From the NCBI RefSeq assembly GCF_009914755.1, contig NC_060926.1: a DNA stretch of 64,000 bases; one strand, 5' to 3'. The position numbers and the translations under genes are program-made. Origin of the DNA: the human T2T-CHM13v2.0 reference genome, Homo sapiens. Under the pieces are notes generated by a model. It saw only the letters and a program-made list of their open reading frames with translations, ran no database searches and was not told the origin of the DNA. Below, in pieces: positions 53,666 to 64,000 of the stretch. Position 1 is the stretch's first letter, and each line of letters begins with the position of its first letter.

Positions 53666-55374
53666 GTAGGGGGTCCAAATACATTTCTGATTCAATCATC
53701 GCATCAACATTTTACACACCACCCAGTTGATAATAAACAATTCACGTCAGACTTCCATCATAAATAGTCAGTGCAATCGATGGATGAACTCCACAACACT
53801 GATCAGCAACTATTTCTATTTAGGCAAAGTCTACAGCAAGAGAAAAATGTGTGATCAACCATCGGGATGTACATATTTACAAAATGCTTCTCTTCCAGGA
53901 AAATATTTTAATTTTTCTTGTATCACTGTCTGTTCTCTCTTATCTCCCTAAACTTATTTCCAACAAAGCACCTACCTCAGTAAGTTGGACTTAGGTTGTG
54001 TATCTTATGGACTGAGAGCATTTGGTGGCCAGTATGTTTCTCACATAGCAAAGCCATGAACAATATCTGATTGATGATTGTCAACTAGAACTACTTCTTG
54101 AATAAAATTGCATTTTACTTACTATTTTATTTGTAGAATATACCCATCTACTTTATATATCTGTATTGCAGAGCAAAAAACTTACCTTTGCATTATAAAA
54201 TATTGAAAAATAAATAGTTTTATTATCTATAAAAATGTATAGCAGCACATATAGGAATGGTTGGCAGTGAAAGATTAATATTTTTAATGACTGAATTGTT
54301 TGTAACTAGAACATTCATTATTTTGATTCCCAAGGATAGATATTAATGGATAAGTAGGGTCCAGTTTGTATTAGCCTGCACCATGCTGGATGCAAATGTC
54401 ATTCAACATTAGCTTTTGCAAAAGAAAGAATTTATTTACTCATGCATCTGAGAAAATGCTAAATGTGGCAGAGAATTTTGTCAGCTTCCCCAAAAGATAT
54501 CACCCCTCTTCATTACTGATTATAAAAAAATTTTAAAATAGAAGTAGGGAACTTTGATGCCATAGTATAGGTTTTAAAGTCCCTCCAATAGAAGACGTGT
54601 AACCCTAGTTCCAACCAATGGCATATGAATTATGTCTATTAGTTTAATTCTAGGAAATAATTTTCTTTGATAATATAGAGTAGGTGAAGAGAAAATCTCA
54701 ATTCCGTTTAATGCTTCTGATCACAATTCCTTGAGGAAGGAATGCCTGAAGCTGCAGCAGCTCCCTTGCAGCCAAGAAAGAGAGGCCAGATGTCCTGAAA
54801 TTACTAAAGAAGTGAATTAAGCCTAGAACTGCATATTCCAAGCATTCTTACTACTCAGGAAGATATAATTCTATTTATTTGGGGTCTCTAATGATGTATC
54901 CTTATTCATTCTGGAATTTTATAATTTCTTTTCTCTTTTTCCTTGATGTATATCACCTGGGGCTTAGTTGAAATAATCTTTTCAAAGAGCCAATTTTAGC
55001 TTTATTTCCTCTATTTTATGTATATATTCTATCCCATTGTCTTTTTTGTTTTTTATTATCATTTTCTTCCTTGGATTTTATCTTTTATTTACTTTTTTTC
55101 TAGGTTTTTAAGAAACTATGCATAAATTCTTTGAATCTATGTATAGATTTTCACAGATTTTGGATTGTGTTAACTTCCTATTGGATTGACCTCTTTATCA
55201 CTGTGAAATACACTTTTTTATTCCTATTCATGTTTCTTTGCTTAAAATCTTTTTCCTGATATTAGTAAATCTATTTTTATTTCATATTTCTTTGATAATT
55301 ATCTATACAGTATATCTTTATGTTCTTTCATTTTTAATTGTTCTGCATTCTTAAAAATATGTTTCTCGGTATCA

Positions 55375-56283
55375 CTTTTTTTTCCATATTTTTCATTTTG
55401 GTAAAATACACATGACATAAAATTTACATATAAACCATTTTTAAGTGTAGAGTTCATTGTTATTAATACATTTATAAGACTGTACAATCATCAGCATCAT
55501 CCACATCCAGAACACTTTTCTTCATGTGAAACTGAAATTTTGGACCCATTGAACACTGACATTACCATAACCCATTCAACATTATCCACTCCCTGCAGCT
55601 CCTGGCAACTGCCATTCTACTTTCTGTCTCTATGATTTTGACTTTCTAAGTACCACAAACCAGTGAAATTATACAATATTTGTCATTTTATATTGGCTTA
55701 TTTAGATTGGCTTATTTCACTTAGCATTATGTCCTCACATTTCATCTGTTTTGTAGCATGTGTCAGAATTTACTTCCTTTTTAAGGCTGAATAATATGCA
55801 TTGCATGTGGATAGCACATTCTGCTTATCTATTCGTCCCTCAATGGACACTTGGGTTGCTTCCATGTTTTAGTTATTGTGAATATTGCTGCTATAAACAT
55901 GGGTGTGCAAACATATCATTGAGGCCCTGCTTTCCATCCTTTGGGGTGTATATCCAGAAGTGGAATTGCTGGATCCTATGGTAATTCTATTTTTTTTTTT
56001 TTTTTAGTAACTGCCATACATATTTCACAGGGGTTGCACCATCTTACATTCTCACTATGTGTGCATAAGGCTACTCCAAATCTTTGCCAGCACTCGTTAT
56101 TTCCTGGGTTTTTGTTGTTGTGGATAGTAGACATTCTAATGATTGTGAAGTAGAATCTCATAGGAGTTTTGATTTGCATTCCCCTGGTGATTAGGAATGC
56201 TGAACATCTTTTCATGTGCTTATTAGCCATTTGACTGTCTTGTTTGTGGAAATGTCTATTCAAGAACTTTGCTTGTTTTTAAA
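55375..56283 (-). mobile_element. L1MB-like 3' end
   Basis: ggtaaaatacacatgacataaaattt...cctggcaactgccattctactttctgtctctatg; ORF2-like MNRHFHKQDSQMANKHMKRCS. Confidence 0.85.
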
Positions 56284-56289
56284 CCCCTT

Positions 56290-59030
<2,741 letters not shown>

Positions 59031-59103
59031 TGGTTAATAATTAATGAGAATGTTTTTCTGTAATTAGAAAAATTAGAATTTGGATATAATAGATCAATAG
59101 TGG

Positions 59104-59430
59104 GGCTGGGCGCAGTGGCTCACACCTGTAATCTCAACACTTTGGGAGGCCAAGCTGGGCAGATCAAGAGGTCAGGAGATGGAGGCCATCCTGGCTAACA
59201 CGGTGAAACCCCATCTCTACTAAAATTACAAAAATTAGCCAGGCGTGGTGGCAGGTGCCTGTAGTCCCAGCTACTCAGGAGGCTGAGGCAGGAGAATGGC
59301 GTGAACCTGGGAGGCGGAGCTTGCAGTGAGCCCAGATCGTGCCACGGCACTCCAGCCTGGGCAACAGAGCAAGACTCTGTCTCAAAAATAAAATGAAATA
59401 AAATGAAATAAAAATAAAAAATAAATAAAT
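59104..59430 (+). mobile_element. AluY with (AAAAT)n tail
   Basis: ggagaatggcgtgaacctgggaggcggagcttgcagtgag; imperfect TSD aatagatcaRtRgt. Confidence 0.93.
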
Positions 59431-59437
59431 AATAGAT

Positions 59438-59610
59438 CAGTGGTTCTCAAATTTCACTTGATAGTGAATTAGATGGGAAGATTTAAAAAACATACCATCC
59501 TCCATCTCAGAGGGAACTAATCCAAATTTCTGGAGTGGATGCTAGGAATTAATATATTTTAAAGTAACATCTCAAATCATCCAATATGAAGACAAAGTTA
59601 GATATTCATT
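59438..59610. mobile_element. MER5-like hAT-Charlie MITE
   Basis: Starts cagtggttctcaaa; ~170 bp. Confidence 0.55.
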
Positions 59611-61783
59611 TTTAAAGGCTGAACTGATTGTTCTTTAAATCTTAACCACCAACAGGACACATTCTATGACTTAAAAAATTCCCAGTGAGAAATCTAGGAA
59701 ATACCAGGAATGAGTAGATGGTTAGTGATATTGCCTTCACTAGGGAAGACATCTTTGGTATTTTTCGATTTATATCTTCAACTGGAAAATATTTCTACAT
59801 TTCTATTTGTTCTTTGGAAGAGAATTTCATTCTGGTGGGAAGACAGTTCCTTACAGACGGCATTTCTCTTAGTCCCAGAGAGGGTGGGGAGAAGGAGAGA
59901 GGCAAACATGCAAGGCCTTTTCACCGGCAAGGCTTTGTGCAGGCTTCAGGCAGTTTCCTCCTGAGCTGGAGAAGTGGAGGAGGCAGGAGAAAGGGTGAGT
60001 CATCCATGCCTCACTGGAGCTGAATTCACCTGGGTTATGAAAAGTGGCCTTGCCTTAACAAAAGAACATCCTCTGTAGGCTGATCGCCCCTAGGGATAGC
60101 TCACTTGGACTTCTGGTGCATTGAAGGACCTTGTCAGGAATCATTCACACTGATCACATTGTACCAGGCCTCTCAGTCTTCTATTTCTAGCTGCACCTTC
60201 TCCCTGACATTCCTCCTACATATTCACAAGGCAAACTCTCTGTTGAGTGACAGGAGGTGCTCCACATCCCTCAGAACCCAGGCAAGCTGCGCTGGAAGAG
60301 CCTTTTGTCCGCTTTCAGCTGTTCATCCAGCAGCACTTGCCAACCAGATGATACAACAAATGCTCAGATTGTTAGTGACTGAGTGTAAATTGTATTTAGA
60401 AAAATTAATTGTGGGCTACATTGTTTTTTTAAATAATCATATGTGCCTTTTATTTTTCATTATTATTGTAGCTATTATTTTATTATTGTTTCTTTGTTTT
60501 GGGGTTTTTGTCTTTTGTGGGGCTATATCATCAAATTAAAGTCTGGCATGCAAAATGGCGGGGGAATACATGCAAGAACTCTGTTTTAACATACACATAT
60601 TTCATCAGAGAAAAGACTCTAGTCTCTTGTTAAAAGGAGTTATTAAGAGTTTACTGGAAATGCAGCCATCTCTGATGGCTGAAGTCAACCTGGAAGAATC
60701 TTTTGGAAGAAGATGCATCTTCATATAGAGACTTATTTGTGTCATAAATAATGGCATTGACGACACACTGGATTTAGGATGAAATAATGATATATAGAAG
60801 CTTTTAACAAACATTACACCATAAGAATAATTGTTTTCCAAAAGTACCCTTATTTCGTTATGTTTCCTGGTCTATTACCTATCCCCCATGCTTTCTCCTC
60901 CATATTTTACTCTCTTTTTTATGACTTTACTCAAATATGGATTAGATCATGGACTGTTCATGCTCATTCCTTAATCTTGTCCAGTGACAGCGCATTAAGC
61001 TTAGCCTCATGACGACACTATTTAATGACACTGTTCTGCTGTGGAGAGCAAATGTTATTTGCTCTTGTTTTGTTGAAGAAAATAACCCCTGTGTTTTCAG
61101 ATTAATCTCCTCATGGTTATATGGGTATATATGGCCTTATGGCAGTTTGGCCATGTTGCTAAAGCTAAGCACTGGATCCTGATTGCCCACCATATTACTT
61201 ATAGACACTAGGACAAATGATTCAAATAACATTGTTAAGTATCAAAACTATGCATCACTTTTCCTAGCGTTTCTTAAACCCATGCATTACTGCAAGTGGT
61301 CTGTGCCAATAAATGAAGCTGTTGCTGACAAGGGAGTTATAAAAGTAACTTATTAACACTCATGTTAGAAAATTCCTGTTATGTATTAAAAGTAAGCCCA
61401 GAGTTTGATTATCTAAAATACACAGACAGCCAAAGAAGTAATGTATTAGCTGTTCTCACCTAAAATGAAAGCTTTACTTAAGTTTGGAAGTGCTCCTATC
61501 TTCAATGACATCCCTATAGGAGGACCCCCCACAAAACCCAGTCTTCTGCCTGTAGTATAGGTAGAGGCGTGGAACACAAGAGGGTGACAAGACAAATGAT
61601 CATTCATTTAGACACAGGATCTTCTTCCTGTCAGCTTTCCCATAGAGGAACTGGTGTGGGGCAGCTCTGCCTTCATCATCAGGGACAATGGAGCAGAGGC
61701 TAATAGAAATATTGGCAGTGATGTCCCAGAGGGGTCAAACATGAGCCAAGAAATCTTCAAAAATCCACTTTGAAGAGCCTATC

Positions 61784-62245
61784 TGTTATGGGTTGCATTG
61801 TCTCCCCCAAAAAGATATTGATGTCTTAACACTGAGGACCTAGGCTACGCAGGTGACCTTATTTGGACATAGGGTCTTTGCAGACGTAATTAGTTAATAT
61901 ATAGCCATTAGTGTTTACCCTAATCCAATATGACCGAGTTCTTATCAAAAGGAAAGATTTTGATGCAGAGACCCACACAGGAATAATGCATGTGAACGTG
62001 AAGGCAAAAATTGGGGTGACACGTCTATAAGTCAAGGAACACCAGAGGTTACTAGCAAATCACTAGGAGCTAGGAGAGTGGCATGGAACTGATCCTTCCT
62101 TCCCTAGCACCTCCAAAGGAAGCACAGCCCTGTCAACACTTTGCTCTTGGACTTCTAGCCTCCGGAACTGTGAAACAATACATTCCTGTTGTTTAAGCCA
62201 CTCAGCTTGTGGTACTTTGTTACAGCGGCCTAGGAAACTCATAGG
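61784..62245 (+). mobile_element. MLT1B/C-like MaLR solo LTR
   Basis: tgttatgggttg...gtgaccttatttgga...tggtactttgttacagc; TSD ctatc at 61779-61783 and 62246-62250. Confidence 0.88.
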
Positions 62246-62444
62246 CTATCCCAGCTTACAATTTCATGACTCCATGATAAGCCTTCTGCTTTAGGGTAGA
62301 AAATGCTTCCCAAAATATGTTCAAGAGAAAGGATATGAATCATTAATCAAGTTCACTCAGTCTATATTTCAAACTTATTTGATTTAGGGACTAGGATATA
62401 TTTTATTTGTCTTTGAATAACAACTACCTAGTATTTACATATAT

Positions 62445-63570
62445 GAATGATTAAAAAAACTTATATCCAAAACATGTAAATAATTCCTACAAGTCAAAAA
62501 TTAAATACAACTCTTTATTTTATCTTATATAAAATAAAATAATGGACATACATCTCTGTGTTCACAAAGAAGACATACAAATAGTAAGCTATAACAAGAT
62601 ATGAAACATCATTATTCAATAGGGAAATGTAAACTGAAATCACTATGAGATAGCACTATGTGGCCATCAGAATTGCTTAAATTAAAAAGACTCACAACAA
62701 CAAATGATTGCAAGGCTATGAAACAACCAGAACTCTCATATATTTTTAGTGAGAGTATAAGTTGTATAACCACTTTGGAAAAATGTCTAGCATTTTCTTA
62801 GAAAAATAAACATACACTTACATTATGACCCAGCAGTTCTACACCCAGACATTTCCTCAAAGGAAATGAAGCATACATTCACAAAATTACTTGTACATGA
62901 ATGTTTAAAGCAGCTTCATTCAAAATAGCCAAAACCTGAAAATGGCCCAGGTGTCAATCAACTGGAGAATGGATGAATACACTGTAGAGTGTTTCTATAG
63001 TGGAAGACTGCTCAGAAACAACAAAGGCTGAGTACAGGTACACAAAACCCATCTGCTGAGAAAAAGAAACCAGACACAGAAGCATATACGCTGTAGGGTT
63101 CCATTCATAGAAAGTGCTAAGACAGGCGAAACGAGACTTTCTTTAAACAGTCAGAAGAGTGGGGAAATGGGGTGAGCATTGACTGGGAGGGTTCCATGGC
63201 TACTTTGTGAAGTGACAGCAGTGCTCTGAAACTTGAGCTTTGGTTACACAAATGTGTGCATCTGCTAACTTTTAATGAAGATACATTTAAGTTTGGTTCA
63301 TTTCACACAACGTAAATTTTACTTAAATCAGCATAAAATATTTAATTGTAGTTAATGATACAGATTCTGAAGTGTTTAGGGGTGGCATATACAGGAATAT
63401 GCAACATATTTTGAAATGCATCAAAAAACAGAATTGATTAATGGCTCATAAAAAGGCAGATAAGTGATAACGCAAATAGAGCACACGTCTGCTGTAGAAC
63501 CCACGTGGGGTGTATTTGAGTTTTCAGCGCATCATTTTCCAACTTTTCTGTATGATGAAAGATTTTAATA
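62445..63570 (+). mobile_element. Old L1M (ME/MC-like) ORF2 end and 3' UTR
   Basis: ttcacaaagaagacatacaaat...agggaaatgtaaactgaaatcactatgagata...cattatgacccagcagttc. Confidence 0.75.
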
Positions 63571-64000
63571 ATCAGATATTATATAAAGACAACTTCAATT
63601 TTGAGACATTAATGTGCCGATCAAAATTGTTTCCTGATAGTAAACCCCTTACGAGTGGGAACAGTCACCCCACCTCACGTTGGCTGAGTGGATATAAGCA
63701 GATGCTTCCAGGGGTCACCTCTCGGCTAAGCTCCCCCAAAAAACATTTTATTTGGCCTGTTTCTTGAGTCCATTGCCTCTTTCATTTCTTCACTGTTATC
63801 CCTCATCTCTTTCATTTGAGTAAAATTGTGATAGCATAAGATGCTGTCCTGCCTCGCAGTCATGTGAAGAAGAGTCCCACTGGAAGTGTGGTGGAATGGG
63901 AAGGCGATAGAGTCTTAGGGAACACTGCAGAGGTCCCTTTTCAGATCCGGACTGCTCATCTTCATTCTCCTTGTAGGTTACAAATAAAATAAAGGTCTTG

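Overview
Non-coding, repeat-rich genomic DNA from a simian primate (AluY, THE1 and HERV-L are present; probably human or great ape). No host protein-coding exon is supportable: the long ORFs in the track come from simple repeats or decayed transposons. Contents are Alus, MIR/L2/L1 fragments, DNA-transposon MITEs, many ERVL/MaLR LTRs, a two-LTR MSTB element and a full-length but decayed HERV-L provirus (gag, pro, RT, RNaseH, IN, dUTPase; minus strand). There are three large simple-sequence arrays: an AT-rich VNTR, a ~1.5-kb polypyrimidine tract and a GAG-rich tract. The strongest finding is a THE1 (MaLR) provirus whose 5' LTR is a HERV-L MLT2A1 LTR. The two are joined exactly at the shared PBS-region motif, and the unit has a near-perfect 5-bp TSD. 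This fits a co-packaging, strand-transfer chimera that was later invaded by a second HERV-L and an Alu. Also notable are a pair of diverged ~265-bp unique-looking paralogous elements 32.6 kb apart, a 297-bp non-repeat insert with an 11-bp duplication splitting an L1PA 3' end, and a recent ~170-190-bp local duplication. Repeat subfamily names come from recalled consensus sequences and need RepeatMasker/Dfam confirmation.
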